Notes: generated by a model from the letters alone, not told the origin. Counted from the stretch's first letter, positions 18,465-29,621 are shown. The stretch: DNA of 64,000 bases from an uncultured delta proteobacterium (GCA_963778115.1 CAVZSV010000005.1:384001-448000), one strand, 5' to 3'. Made by a program: numbers and translations.

Positions 18465-19160
18465 CTATTTAAGCGCGGTAAAGATACGATGGACATCATC
18501 GTTATCGTCCAAACCATTCAAAAAGGCTTCGATCTCTGGCTTATCAGTTGCTGGTACTTCCACGGGATCTTTCGCCACATAGGCGAATTCAGAATGGGTG
18601 ATTTGCCAACCCATGTCGTGCAAAGCTTTGGTGACCGCGATGAGATCCGCCTTTTCGCAAATAAATTGGGCGCCATCCTCGGTCTTTTCCACTTCTTGAG
18701 CGCCTGCCTCAATCGCGGCCTCTTCCAAATCCATAGCGGTGTGGGGGTGGCTCGCTACTATCATGCCCACGTGGTTAAACAGATACGTGACTGAGCCGGT
18801 GGCGCCCAGGCTGCCTTTTCGAAATAGGGCCCTAATGTCGGCAGACGTTCGGTTGCGATTCTCAGTGAGGCACTCAACGATAAGAGGGACCTTGTGGGGG
18901 GTGAAACCTTCGTAGGTTACTATTTCATAATTAACCGGCTCTAGTAAACCAGCGCCCTTTTTTATCCCGCGCTCTATATTTTCCCGAGGGACAGACTGCT
19001 TCTTGGCCGATTCAATAGCCGCACGCAGCTTGGCATTGTTAGCAGGGTCAGGATCACCGGCCTTGGTAGCGATGATAATCTCTTTGACCGCCTTACTAAT
19101 GATCTGACCGCGCTTTGAGGAGTTCTCAACTCGCCCTTTCTGCTTCCACTGCGCACCCAT
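18465..19160 (-). CDS. yebC: YebC/PmpR family protein
   Basis: MGAQWK start, DPANNAKLR, YEG, ECLTENRNRT, DNDDVHRIF. Confidence 0.93.
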   Translation of the reverse strand: MGAQWKQKGRVENSSKRGQIISKAVKEIIIATKAGDPDPANNAKLRAAIESAKKQSVPRENIERGIKKGAGLLEPVNYEIVTYEGFTPHKVPLIVECLTENRNRTSADIRALFRKGSLGATGSVTYLFNHVGMIVASHPHTAMDLEEAAIEAGAQEVEKTEDGAQFICEKADLIAVTKALHDMGWQITHSEFAYVAKDPVEVPATDKPEIEAFLNGLDDNDDVHRIFTALK

Positions 19161-19251
19161 TACGATAGTCTCCTTTATTTGCCCTTTACTTAGAAGACGC
19201 ACTCTACCAAAGGGTGGCAAAAATACAAAGGGGGGCTTATCGAAGCTTCCT

Positions 19252-19818
19252 CTACAGACTTGCCCTGTCCAGCACAAATGCAATCCGCTCTTGTAGTGGG
19301 ATCTTGGGCACTATGATAGGTCGGTATCCGAAATCGACGTAAGCTTTATAAATCGTCTCCGCCATCCTAATAGCCTCGGCTTCAGATTCCACTCGAGCAT
19401 AATCGTTTTGAAAGCCCACACTCTGCAAAAAAAAGACGTTCCTATATTGAAAACGGTGGCCGGCCACCACTTCGGGACGGGGTAATCCGTAAGCGCAGCT
19501 ATCGGGGATTCCCCTATCAATGAAGATAGGCATTTGGGGGCTGCGTAGGTTTTCATAGGCTATCTTGTGTTTTAGTATTTCTCGTTGAAGGGCCAAGTTG
19601 TCTTTGCGAATTTCTGCCATCGAAAGGCCTTCGCTTATCTTGTGATCCATCAAAAGCCTAGCCGCCTCCGGAATGACGGAATGGCCTAGAGCGGATAGGG
19701 CCACACAGAGGGAGGTCTTTCCGGCACTAGCCCCGCCCGTAATGACATTCCATGACGTTGGTATTGGGGTTGAATTTGCCACATTCAGTGGTAAACCATT
19801 CCCACCATGCGACGACAA
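19252..19818 (-). CDS. AAA_28/NadR-like P-loop ATPase
   Basis: VITGGASAGKTS, PEAAR, FIDRGIPD; true start probably downstream of 19818. Confidence 0.8.
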   Translation of the reverse strand: MSSHGGNGLPLNVANSTPIPTSWNVITGGASAGKTSLCVALSALGHSVIPEAARLLMDHKISEGLSMAEIRKDNLALQREILKHKIAYENLRSPQMPIFIDRGIPDSCAYGLPRPEVVAGHRFQYRNVFFLQSVGFQNDYARVESEAEAIRMAETIYKAYVDFGYRPIIVPKIPLQERIAFVLDRASL

Positions 19819-20391
19819 CTGCTTATTTACTCTTGCTTAGCCATTTACTCGATTGTTCTGCCCCTACAGGCCGCTACTTACACAGATAAAGAGAAAGGGT
19901 TCTCTTTGGAATATAACGACACGCTGTGGCGTGTAGTGCCCAAGAGTACCGAGAAAAAGACGGCCGCCGATGTGGATATGGAGATGGCAAAACGGACACT
20001 GGTCACGCTAGAGAGGATCCCTTCTGACGACAAATACCATACGCGCTTTAGCGTCGTAATAGACGATTTGAAAAAATACGAAGGCAATCCGCTCGTGCAA
20101 CTTACGAAATACTACAAAGACGCTTTAGAATTTCTAAAAAATCAAAGATTTCGCATCTTGTCCACGGATCCAACTAAGCTTCCCAAGGTGAGTGAGCCCG
20201 CTTTTGAAATTGTAGCGACTCAGAGGGATTTTGGATTGACCACCCGACAACTGATTATTGTTCATGAGAAGCAAGCTTACCTATTAACCGCTTCCACGCG
20301 AAACACGGTGTTCGACGCTCAAAAGGCCGAGCTAGCGGCCGTTTTTGATTCTTTCGCCTTCTCCTCGCCCACCGCTAAAGCTGCCCCGTAA
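19807..20391 (+). CDS. secreted hypothetical protein (PsbP/DcrB-like)
   Basis: signal peptide LQA-A; GFSLEY..W start and AYLLT...VFDSFAF end. Confidence 0.6.
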   Translation: MRRQLLIYSCLAIYSIVLPLQAATYTDKEKGFSLEYNDTLWRVVPKSTEKKTAADVDMEMAKRTLVTLERIPSDDKYHTRFSVVIDDLKKYEGNPLVQLTKYYKDALEFLKNQRFRILSTDPTKLPKVSEPAFEIVATQRDFGLTTRQLIIVHEKQAYLLTASTRNTVFDAQKAELAAVFDSFAFSSPTAKAAP

Positions 20392-21563
20392 CCTTCGAGG
20401 GTACTAGCCAGGTGCCTTTCCGTGGAGAAGCGCTCTTTCATCATCCGTGGTCCTTCTTCTTTCATGCGATTACAGAGTGCTTCATTCTTTAGAAGAGTAA
20501 CAATCGCTTCCGCGATGGCCGATTCCGACGAGGGACAGATAATTCCGTTTCTTCCGTCCTCGATGATCTCAGTCAGGGCAGGCATTTTGGTCACGACAAC
20601 CGGCGCTCCCAGCATCGACGCTTCGGCGACAGAAAGTCCGAATGGCTCAGGCCCCAGATTGGTTTGGACGAAGACTTTGCAACTCTTCATTAAATTTTGC
20701 ACCCGCTGGTAAGCGACTCTACCCATTAGGACAACGCGGGAGTGTAGTCCCAGCGTTCCAATTTGTTCTCGAAGTTTGGTTTCCAAAGAGCCCGTACCGG
20801 CCACCCAGAGGGTCCACGGCTCGCTTTCGATTCTTTTAAGCGAACGGATGAGAAGGTCGATCCCTTTATGATTTTCCAAGCGTGCCGCGCAGAAAATTAA
20901 ATTATTGGGCAGTTCCTTCTCTATCTCGGCCGATAGGGAAAGGATGGGATTATAGACGACTCGAAGTTTTTCTTCTGGCCATCCATCGATGAGGAAAGCT
21001 TGTTTTACATATTCGCTTATTGCGAAAATGAATTTGGCTTTTGACAGACTCCTTTTTCGTAATTGGAGATCGGCGATGGCAACCGAACGAGCTCTTAGGC
21101 CATTAAAGCCAGAAAGGCACTGCTGTTTTTTATGATGGCTAAGACAACTCCAGCCGCTAGGATACTGACAACTTCCCCCAGAGAGAATCGTTCGGCCACT
21201 AGCCGGACAGGTGGGGGATACTAAATGTGCCGTCAACACGACCGGATAGGTCTCACAAAGCCGCGCCATCATCCGATAGTCACCCAGCTCCAAAAGGTGA
21301 ACAATGTCTGGTTTCCAATTCGCTAATGTCTTCGTCATCTGAGTGATCAATTGTCGTACGTGAAAGGGAGAGGAGAGAATCCCCTGGCCGTAGAGTCCAG
21401 GTATCGCTTGCACCCCTTCCACTTTAGGCACTTCACCTGAGATCTTTTCGCCAAAAAGAAACACTTGATGACCAGCCGCGCGCAGTAGACGAACCGAATT
21501 GGCGAGCACACGTTCGGTGCCGAAACCTTCCCCCAATTCTCCATTCATCATGACAATGCGCAT
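20319..21563 (-). CDS. glycosyltransferase family 4
   Basis: GTER, RLENHKG, EPFGLSVAEA. Confidence 0.9.
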   Translation of the reverse strand: MRIVMMNGELGEGFGTERVLANSVRLLRAAGHQVFLFGEKISGEVPKVEGVQAIPGLYGQGILSSPFHVRQLITQMTKTLANWKPDIVHLLELGDYRMMARLCETYPVVLTAHLVSPTCPASGRTILSGGSCQYPSGWSCLSHHKKQQCLSGFNGLRARSVAIADLQLRKRSLSKAKFIFAISEYVKQAFLIDGWPEEKLRVVYNPILSLSAEIEKELPNNLIFCAARLENHKGIDLLIRSLKRIESEPWTLWVAGTGSLETKLREQIGTLGLHSRVVLMGRVAYQRVQNLMKSCKVFVQTNLGPEPFGLSVAEASMLGAPVVVTKMPALTEIIEDGRNGIICPSSESAIAEAIVTLLKNEALCNRMKEEGPRMMKERFSTERHLASTLEGYGAALAVGEEKAKESKTAASSAF

Positions 21564-21619
21564 GAAAATTCTCCTGGTACTAAGGATTGTAACATGAGCC
21601 CCACTCGCGGTTCAGTGGT

Positions 21620-22918
21620 GTGGAAACGCCAATCGGTGGTAAAATGCACTGGCGACGGTCCATAATGCCAATTACCTCCCCAAATAGCGCCACCTCTTCG
21701 ACATCGCCACCATCGTCGATCGATATCGCCGTGGGGGGAAGATTTCATGCCGATCGCATGGCGGAAGCCTTTTTGGCTGCTAACCACTCGGTCAATCTGT
21801 TTACGAGCTACCCAAAATCTCGCTTTCCTAAGATCGACGGCAAGCGAATTCATCGTTTCTTGGTACCCGAAGCCCTCTACCGAGGCACTAAGCGACTGGG
21901 GCATGAGAGGCTGGGCGAGCAGCTAAAGATGATAGGTTTTGGCGGCTGGCTCGCTAGCCGCGCCCGCTTTCGTCCCCAGGAAAGTGACTTCACACTGGTG
22001 TGGTCTTCTTTTGCCAAAGAGATTTTTGAAACTCTGACTCGAAGTCATAAGATTTTAGTCAGAGATTCGACTCATATCATTCACCAATGCGATGTCTTGG
22101 CGAACGAGTACGGAAATCTTAATATCGATTATTCACCTGACATTCTTTGCGTGAACCGAGAGCTGGCCGAATATCGAAATGCCGATTCCATTTTTGTGCT
22201 TTCTCAATTCGCTAAGCAGACTTTCGTCTCACGCGGCACACCAGCCGAAAAGATTCGAGTGGGATCGCTCGGCGTGGATATGGCGCTTTTCCATCCACGA
22301 GCTGACATCACTCCAGCACTTCCTCTTAAAGTAGTCTATTTCGGGACGATCTCAGTGAGAAAGGGAATCCATTATCTTTTAGAGGCGATACGCAAACTTT
22401 CTCGAAACCAGGTCAGACTGACTTTAATAGGACCCGTGGAAGAGAACTTTCGGCCGATTTTGGCGCGTTATCCCGACGTCACTCACGTAAATCCCATGCC
22501 CCATTCCCGTCTGGCGCCTTTAATAGCCCTCCATGATGTCTACGCTTTTCCCTCTCTCGAAGATGGATTTCCCAATACCTTAGTGCAAGCGATGGCAGCC
22601 GGGCTTGTTCCGGTAACCACTTCCGAATGTGGGCCTGCGGAACTTATTACCCACGGCGTGAATGGCCAGATCATTCCCTCAAGAAGTTTTGAAGCCATCG
22701 CGCAAACGCTTTCAAACCTAGCCGGTTCTCCCGACACCTTAATTGAAATGAAACGAAAAGTGGCTCAATTGGTTAAAGATCTGACTTGGGAGAACTACGC
22801 CAAGGCTTTAAACGAATGGGTGGAACAGGCGAAACTTCCCAAGACTTTACTAAAACCACCTAGAGAGTCGACTCGTTTGGACGACGGTATTTCTCAAATC
22901 GAAGCGAACGAATTTTAG
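21620..22918 (+). CDS. glycosyltransferase family 4
   Basis: GTISVRKG, PSLEDGFPNTLVQAMAAGLVPV; start uncertain. Confidence 0.88.
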   Translation: METPIGGKMHWRRSIMPITSPNSATSSTSPPSSIDIAVGGRFHADRMAEAFLAANHSVNLFTSYPKSRFPKIDGKRIHRFLVPEALYRGTKRLGHERLGEQLKMIGFGGWLASRARFRPQESDFTLVWSSFAKEIFETLTRSHKILVRDSTHIIHQCDVLANEYGNLNIDYSPDILCVNRELAEYRNADSIFVLSQFAKQTFVSRGTPAEKIRVGSLGVDMALFHPRADITPALPLKVVYFGTISVRKGIHYLLEAIRKLSRNQVRLTLIGPVEENFRPILARYPDVTHVNPMPHSRLAPLIALHDVYAFPSLEDGFPNTLVQAMAAGLVPVTTSECGPAELITHGVNGQIIPSRSFEAIAQTLSNLAGSPDTLIEMKRKVAQLVKDLTWENYAKALNEWVEQAKLPKTLLKPPRESTRLDDGISQIEANEF

Positions 22919-22927
22919 GAGATCCTC

Positions 22928-24168
22928 ATGTCAGAGGCCTTGGGTAGTTCGAGCGTTGACTTTAGCCCCCGAGGAAAGCTTCTTGCACTTCGCCTATTCC
23001 GGCTTGGGCATATTCCGCCTGCTCAGTATGGAACCCAAATTTTATTCGAAAAGGGAGTTCCCGTCCTAGTCGCCGAGTTCGGCCATATTTCCGAAAAGCA
23101 GTTAACCGTGGCGGGTTCTCCCCCAAGAATCCGGATCCAGGCCCGATGGGTGGGACTGTTGCCGCGCAAGCTTGCCCCTTATCTTCTTTTTCTAAATGCT
23201 TTCTTTCAATTGGCGTTTAGATTCGTCATCCAAGGTCGTCCCGCTCATCTCATCGCTCACGGAGTGCAAGAGGAATGTCTGGCGGGCCTTCTTAGCTTTT
23301 TTTCCGGATTAAATTTTCTGTCCACGTTCACGAAGCCTACGATCCGAAAGATCTCGATAATTTTAACCGTTTTCTACACGCTTTAGGTAGCCGCCTCCTA
23401 AAAAAAGCTCAGATACTTATCTTTCCCGAAAAACAGAGAGCCGAACTTTATCGTCGCCGCTACCATCTAGTGCGCCCATACCATGTCGTTTTTAACTGCC
23501 CCCGACTTCGCACACGAACTCCCGGATTCGATGTCAAAAGACAGCTAGGAATCCCGGATTCCGCTATCACCCTGGCTTATATGGGCGGTATTGGAAAGAT
23601 GAACTGTTTGGAAGAGGCGATCTTAGCTCTGGCCGAGGTTCCTCAAGTCTATTTTTTAATCTGGGGATGGGCAGAGAAGAGTTACGTAGCAAGCTTAAAG
23701 TTGCTAGCTTCGCAATGGGGTGTCGAAAAGCGAGTTCTTTTTTTGGGGCAAATTAACGAAGCCAAATGGGAGACCCTAGATAGTTGTGACATCGGCTACT
23801 GCGTTTATCGCCCCGAAAAGCTTAGATTGGTTCATGCGGCAACGGCTTCCAACAAATTGATGGAATCTCTGGCTAGCGGACTTCCTGTAATTACACGAGG
23901 AACCGCCGATTTCAAAGACATCGTCGAGAAGTACCAAGCTGGCCTGTGCCTTGCCGAACTTTCGACAGCGGCTATCGTAACGACACTGAGAAGTCTTGCG
24001 AATAATCCCATGCTACGCAAACGAATGGGGGACAATGGAGTCAGGGCCCACCGAGAATTTCTCAATTATGAATACCAGTTCGCCCCGGTCGTTAAAGCGA
24101 TCTCTTTCTGGGTTCCCATCACCCCCTCGCCCATCGCTCAAAATCCCCGGATTGCGATTCCTGTCTAA
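22928..24168 (+). pseudogene. glycosyltransferase family 4 split by a frameshift at a T7 run
   Basis: adding one T at 23297-23303 joins 22928-23386 to the frame reading FRIKFSVHVHEAY...SNKLMESLASGLPVI. Confidence 0.8.
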
Positions 24169-24216
24169 AAGAGAGGTCGATTGGAGAAATCGCCCAAGAT
24201 CTGTTAACTAGTAGGC

Positions 24217-25296
24217 GTGGAAACTACTAATTTTATGCGGGAAGCGCTTTCGGAGGCGTCCAAGAGAAGGGGCTATTGTGCGCCCAATCCGGCCGTCGGA
24301 GCGGTGTTAGTTCGAGACGGACGGATCATCGCGGCTGGCCATCATTGGGCGGCGGGAAGACCTCACGCTGAAGTCGAAGTGCTCTCCAATCCCTCTGTAG
24401 ATGCGACTCAATCTACCCTTTACGTCACACTCGAACCTTGTTGCCACTGGGGGAAAACTCCTCCGTGCACCCAACTCATTATTCAAAGAAAGGTCGGCAA
24501 GGTCGTCTACGGATTCTCGGATCCCAACCCCAAGGTTTCCGGAGGCGGTATCCGTGAATTAAGGGAAAGCGGAATTGAATGTGAAAAGCTAACCCTTCCC
24601 GAGATTGACGATTTTTATCGAAGTTACGCCTACTGGACGGTCACCGGACGCCCCTTCGTAACGGCAAAACTGGCTTTGACTCTCGACGGCCGCATTGCCG
24701 AAAAAAGTGGCAAGCCCGTTCAGATTTCAGAAGCGAGTTTACAAAAATTCACCCATGAGGGGCGCCGACGTTCTGATGCTTTACTCACGAGCGCCCAAAC
24801 GCTAATCGCCGATAACCCGAAACTAAACGTTCGCATTGACGCCGTCCCTGAGAAAAAAACTCTTTTCGTCCTGGACAGACATTTACGAACGCCCCTGTCG
24901 CTTCAAATTTTTGATACCGCCGAACGCATCACCTTCTTGCATTCGGGGGATGCGCTACCCTCGGCAAAGGAGCGGCTTTTGCAGACGGGGGCTCGCTGCG
25001 TCCAGATGCCTAGCTTAGCATCAGGCCTTTGCTGGGAGGCCGTATTGGAGTTCATTGGCTCGGAAGGCTTCCATGATATATGGGTAGAAGCGGGCGGTAA
25101 GCTCTTTGCGTCGCTAGCCTCGTCAGGATACCTAAACCGGGCCTATCTCTATGTGGCCCCTAGACTGATGGGAAGCCTGGGTTTGGAAGCCTTTGCCGAT
25201 GGCCCCGTCCCCGATTTAACGACGGCCACTCGGGTGAGCTGGAGTCAAAAGGGTGACATCGATGCCTTGTGTCAAATAGACTGGGATCTGAAATAA
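24217..25296 (+). CDS. ribD: bifunctional riboflavin deaminase/reductase
   Basis: PNPAVGAV, HAE, YVTLEPCCH.GKTPPC, DPNP, VEAGG. Confidence 0.96.
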   Translation: METTNFMREALSEASKRRGYCAPNPAVGAVLVRDGRIIAAGHHWAAGRPHAEVEVLSNPSVDATQSTLYVTLEPCCHWGKTPPCTQLIIQRKVGKVVYGFSDPNPKVSGGGIRELRESGIECEKLTLPEIDDFYRSYAYWTVTGRPFVTAKLALTLDGRIAEKSGKPVQISEASLQKFTHEGRRRSDALLTSAQTLIADNPKLNVRIDAVPEKKTLFVLDRHLRTPLSLQIFDTAERITFLHSGDALPSAKERLLQTGARCVQMPSLASGLCWEAVLEFIGSEGFHDIWVEAGGKLFASLASSGYLNRAYLYVAPRLMGSLGLEAFADGPVPDLTTATRVSWSQKGDIDALCQIDWDLK

Positions 25297-25305
25297 GAGG
25301 AGCGG

Positions 25306-25908
25306 ATGTTTACTGGAATCGTAGACCATTGCGGAACGATAACAAATTTGGAAAAGACCGAAGGCGGAGTCCGATTGGCGATTGCGACCACTTTTAAGGA
25401 TCTCAAAGAAGGGGAGAGTATCTCTGTCGACGGAGCGTGTCTGACGGTCGTGCGTCCGAGGGATGGAGTGTTCTTTTGCGAGCTTTCACCCGAAACTCTT
25501 AACGTCACTTCGGCAAAAGGCTACGAAAAGAATTCCCAAGTTAACTTGGAAAGAGCGCTTTGTCTTGGAGATCGCATGGGAGGTCATTGGGTGACAGGGC
25601 ACGTGGACACCACGGCCTTTGTCGAGAGCTCAAGTGCCAGTGCCGAATTTTGGAAGCTAAACATCGCAGGGCTAAGCTCCGATCAGATGAGGTTTATCCA
25701 TCGCAAAGGAAGTATTGCGATTCAAGGAGTAAGCCTCACGATTAATGATGTAGCGGCTAAGGGTTTTTCGGTGATGCTGATTCCCCATACGTTGAAGCTT
25801 ACGAATCTGGATCAGTTAAAGCCCCAGAGTCTTGTAAATCTGGAATTTGATTGGATGGTCAAAGTGGTCCTCAATGAGGCCCAGCGACTTAGTGTACTTT
25901 CGCGGTAA
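25306..25908 (+). CDS. ribE: riboflavin synthase alpha chain
   Basis: MFTGIV start, [27 protein letters not shown]. Confidence 0.96.
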   Translation: MFTGIVDHCGTITNLEKTEGGVRLAIATTFKDLKEGESISVDGACLTVVRPRDGVFFCELSPETLNVTSAKGYEKNSQVNLERALCLGDRMGGHWVTGHVDTTAFVESSSASAEFWKLNIAGLSSDQMRFIHRKGSIAIQGVSLTINDVAAKGFSVMLIPHTLKLTNLDQLKPQSLVNLEFDWMVKVVLNEAQRLSVLSR

Positions 25909-25931
25909 CGTACTTTTTTTTGGAGAAAAGA

Positions 25932-27137
25932 ATGAGCACAGGATCTCTTTCAAGTATCGAAGACGTCGTTGCCGATCTCAAAGCGGGCAAGATGATTATT
26001 CTGGTCGATGATGAAGACCGGGAGAACGAAGGAGATCTAGTCCTTGCCGCTGAAAAGACAACGCCAGAAGCGATTAACTTCATGGCTAGGTATGCCCGAG
26101 GGCTTATCTGCTTAAGTTTGACTCAACAGACCGTTGATCACTTAAAGATTCCCATGATGGTAGAGCAGAATTCCTCGCGCTTTAACACGGCCTTTACGGC
26201 CTCCATCGAGGCTGCCCACGGAGTGACTACCGGAATTTCGGCTCATGACAGAGCTCATACCGTCATGACCGCCATCGATTCCAATAGCCTTCCCAGGGAT
26301 ATCGTTATGCCGGGGCACATTTTTCCGTTGCGGGCTAAAGAAGGCGGGGTCTTGGTACGAGCCGGGCAAACCGAGGGAAGTGTGGATCTTGCGAAACTGG
26401 CCGGGCTAAAGCCTGCTGCCGTTATCTGTGAAATCATGAACGACGATGGCACCATGGCGCGGATGCCGGACCTGATTCCTTTCGCCAAACAGCACGGCCT
26501 TCGGATCGCAGCCATTAACGACCTCATCGCCTATCGAATGCATAATGAGTGTCTGGTGAAAGAGGTGAGTTCCGCTCTGCTTCCCATGGAGTTTGGTGAT
26601 TTCCAAATCAAAGTATTCGAAAGTTTAATAGACCAGACTCATCACGTAGCTCTTATTCGTGGAGAGCTAAGTCCTGACAAACCGACTCTGGTGCGAGCTC
26701 ACTCGGAATGCTTAACCGGTGACACTTTAGGATCTTCGCGCTGCGACTGTGGGTGGCAACTAAGAAGTTCGCTTAGCCAAATTGGAGCACAAGGGGGAGT
26801 TCTTCTTTACATGAGGCAAGAAGGGCGGGGGATTGGACTTGCGAATAAGATTAAAGCGTACGCTCTTCAGGATCAGGGGTTAGATACCGTCGAGGCCAAC
26901 CACCGGTTGGGATTCAAAGAGGATCAACGAGATTACGGTATTGGATCGCAAATCCTTCGTTTCTTGGGCATCACCAAAATGCGACTGCTGACCAACAATC
27001 CCCGAAAGATCTACGGCCTGGGAGGTTTTGGTATCGAAATCGTCGAAAGAGTGGCTATCGAGATGACTCCGACACAAGGAAATATTGACTATCTAAAGAC
27101 GAAGAGAGAAAAGCTTGGCCATCTACTCACCTTTTAA
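25932..27137 (+). CDS. ribBA: bifunctional DHBP synthase/GTP cyclohydrolase II
   Basis: [38 protein letters not shown]. Confidence 0.97.
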   Translation: MSTGSLSSIEDVVADLKAGKMIILVDDEDRENEGDLVLAAEKTTPEAINFMARYARGLICLSLTQQTVDHLKIPMMVEQNSSRFNTAFTASIEAAHGVTTGISAHDRAHTVMTAIDSNSLPRDIVMPGHIFPLRAKEGGVLVRAGQTEGSVDLAKLAGLKPAAVICEIMNDDGTMARMPDLIPFAKQHGLRIAAINDLIAYRMHNECLVKEVSSALLPMEFGDFQIKVFESLIDQTHHVALIRGELSPDKPTLVRAHSECLTGDTLGSSRCDCGWQLRSSLSQIGAQGGVLLYMRQEGRGIGLANKIKAYALQDQGLDTVEANHRLGFKEDQRDYGIGSQILRFLGITKMRLLTNNPRKIYGLGGFGIEIVERVAIEMTPTQGNIDYLKTKREKLGHLLTF

Positions 27138-27167
27138 GGTGCCCTACTAACGGAGAGTTTAATTTTC

Positions 27168-27644
27168 ATGAAAGTGATTGATGCAAAAAACAGCGCCAAA
27201 GACGGGCGTTCCCCTTTTAACGTGGCTATTGTGGTTAGCCGCTTCAACAGTGAAGTCACCGAAAAATTATTCGCTGGCGCAAAGGGCCGCTTGAAGGAGT
27301 TGGGATTTGGTGCCGATGAGGTGACGGCCTGTTACGTTCCAGGTGCCATTGAAATTCCACTAGCAGCACAACGGCTGGCCCAAATTGGCGTCTATGACGC
27401 GATTATTTGTCTGGGAGCCGTCATTCGAGGAGAGACCGGACACTACGATTATGTCTGTGAACAGGTGAGCCAGGGATGCCAACACGTTGCTTTACAAAAC
27501 GACCTTCCCGTCGTCTTCGGAGTGCTTACGACCGATAATGAAGCCCAAGCCATGGAGCGTGCCGGAGGGTCTCATGGCAATAAAGGGATCGACGCCGTCG
27601 ACACCGCGGTCGAGATGGTGGCAGTTCTTAGACAGATAGTTTAA
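27168..27644 (+). CDS. ribH: 6,7-dimethyl-8-ribityllumazine synthase
   Basis: VVSRFN, VPGAIEIP, GAVIRGETGHYDYV, FGVLT, GNKG. Confidence 0.97.
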   Translation: MKVIDAKNSAKDGRSPFNVAIVVSRFNSEVTEKLFAGAKGRLKELGFGADEVTACYVPGAIEIPLAAQRLAQIGVYDAIICLGAVIRGETGHYDYVCEQVSQGCQHVALQNDLPVVFGVLTTDNEAQAMERAGGSHGNKGIDAVDTAVEMVAVLRQIV

Positions 27645-27655
27645 GAGCTTTTCCC

Positions 27656-28525
27656 CTAGAAAGGGACACTCCAGGTTAGCGAGAAATCAGGAATTCCCGA
27701 AAATTGGGTCACATCACTCGTAATAAGGGCCAGCGGCCCATTTACATTGTATTTATCCAGCCAAAGACGAAGCGGAACCTCTAAACGAAAAATTCCCACT
27801 GGAGTGGTGTAACGGACAAGAGGGCCGAAAGAAAAAAGCATCTGCTCGTAATAACCCGGTAACAAGAGATTTCTATTTCGCGAGTCCCAGGAAAAAGAAC
27901 CGCCCACGGCAAGAGTCGTTTTTCCTCTAAAAAGGTCTCGCATGGTTTCGGTATGTACCAAAAGGACAGTTTCGCCGCCGGTCAATGCGATGAAAAAATC
28001 GGCATGTAATAATAAAGACCAGTGAGAAGTCGTGGTGGCCAAGATGCCAGTATCGAGAGCGATCTTGATAAAGCGCTTAATCGTCGGCATGAACTGGAAA
28101 TACCCCAACGCAAGTCCCCCATAGCGACCGTCGGTGGAGATGAAATGGCGGCTGATATCAGTCCCCAAAGTTTGCTGGGATCCGGCCTGCTGCGATTGGA
28201 CGATGACACCTTGGGAGGTACTCGCTAGAAAGGCCCTTTGACTGGCTTGCAACGAGAATTCGACAGGACCTAGATTGAGTAGCCCGGAAGCCGCGAAGGA
28301 AAAGGAATCAAGATAATTGGCGGCCCCCAATTGAATTTCATGCCGATTGGCTTCGGGGGTTCGGTAATAAGGGGTAGCTAGCTGTTCATAGATCCAAAGG
28401 GTTCGCTCCGCCGTCTGTTCGGCCTTAACGGGTATTGAGGTTAGCAGAAGGGTTGCCCCGATCGCGCGCAGAATCGCCCCTTTGATTCCAGCGCCGCAAC
28501 TTTTCCTGAAGAGTCGACTTAGCAA
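27656..28525 (-). CDS. hypothetical outer-membrane beta-barrel-like protein
   Basis: signal-like N-terminus, amphipathic strands, C-terminal Phe. Confidence 0.5.
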   Translation of the reverse strand: MLSRLFRKSCGAGIKGAILRAIGATLLLTSIPVKAEQTAERTLWIYEQLATPYYRTPEANRHEIQLGAANYLDSFSFAASGLLNLGPVEFSLQASQRAFLASTSQGVIVQSQQAGSQQTLGTDISRHFISTDGRYGGLALGYFQFMPTIKRFIKIALDTGILATTTSHWSLLLHADFFIALTGGETVLLVHTETMRDLFRGKTTLAVGGSFSWDSRNRNLLLPGYYEQMLFSFGPLVRYTTPVGIFRLEVPLRLWLDKYNVNGPLALITSDVTQFSGIPDFSLTWSVPF

Positions 28526-29399
28526 TCCCTAGCTCCTTGGCCGTACGTTTCCTATTCCCCTCGTACCGATAAAGGCGGTCTAAGATAACCTGCTTTTCGA
28601 TATCAGCCAAAGGCCGTTCCGACAAATCACAAACTTGGCCGCAATAGGCATCCAGCCGCCTTTCCTCGCACAACAGCCTTTCTAGCATCCGCCGGGTCAC
28701 TCTTTTTGCCCCTAAAACACCTGCTCGCGCTAGTAGGTTTCTTAGTTGTCTAACGTTACCTGGCCACGGGAAATTAAGCAGGGCCTCCACGGCCTCTTGT
28801 TCAAAGCTGATTCCCAGTTGATTTAAGAAGCCGCGTGCTATCTTTTCTATATCTTCAGTACGATCTCTCAAAGGGGGGATGGTCAGGGTAAGCACCGAGA
28901 GCCGCTCATAGAGATCGAGCCGAAACCTTCCTTCGCCGATGGCAGTCTTAAGATCGACGTTCGTGGCGGCGAGAATTCGGACGTCGACCGTTTCAAACCG
29001 AGTAGCTCCTACTGCCCTAAGTTCACCCGAGTCCAGCAGCCGAAGGAGTTTCACCTGGAGCCCCAACTCTAAGTCTCCTATCTCGTCGAAAAACATAGTT
29101 CCCCCCGAAGCAGCTCTAAGTAGCCCCTTATGGGCTCGAGTCGCTCCCGAAAAAGCTCCGGACTCGTGGCCAAAGAGTTCGCTTTCAAAGAGGCCTGCGG
29201 GGACGGCTCCACAGTTAATGGGAATGAAGGGTCCTGAAGATCGACTGGATTGGTCGTGAATCCTTCTAGCGATTAGCTCTTTACCCACACCCGTCTCGCC
29301 AAGAATTAAGATAGGCCAAGCGGCTTTGGCGTAGCAGTCGCACCGTTGTAAAAGCCGACCAAAGGGTCCGCCAGGAGTGAAAATCAAGTTGCTCGTCAT
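28425..29399 (-). CDS. sigma54-dependent enhancer-binding protein without N-terminal sensor domain
   Basis: GETGVGKE, ESELFGH..GAFSGA, FFDEIG, FRLDLYERL, WPGNVRQL, Fis-type HTH. Confidence 0.92.
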   Translation of the reverse strand: MTSNLIFTPGGPFGRLLQRCDCYAKAAWPILILGETGVGKELIARRIHDQSSRSSGPFIPINCGAVPAGLFESELFGHESGAFSGATRAHKGLLRAASGGTMFFDEIGDLELGLQVKLLRLLDSGELRAVGATRFETVDVRILAATNVDLKTAIGEGRFRLDLYERLSVLTLTIPPLRDRTEDIEKIARGFLNQLGISFEQEAVEALLNFPWPGNVRQLRNLLARAGVLGAKRVTRRMLERLLCEERRLDAYCGQVCDLSERPLADIEKQVILDRLYRYEGNRKRTAKELGIAKSTLQEKLRRWNQRGDSARDRGNPSANLNTR

Positions 29400-29621
29400 A
29401 CTGCTCCTTCACATTGGGTTTGAAAAAGGCAGTGCAAGGACGTGCCAACGACTGGCGTGAAAGAGAGCCGGTACTGGTGTCTCTCATGCGAGAAAATAGA
29501 TTCGTGATTAACTATTTTGCTCCAAAATTGGCACGGCTTCATACAAGACGTGGATCGGATAACAAAGGGCAAAGAGCGCTACTATTAGGAAAGGGAGAAA
29601 TTTCGTGGGTTCTGGAAACTA

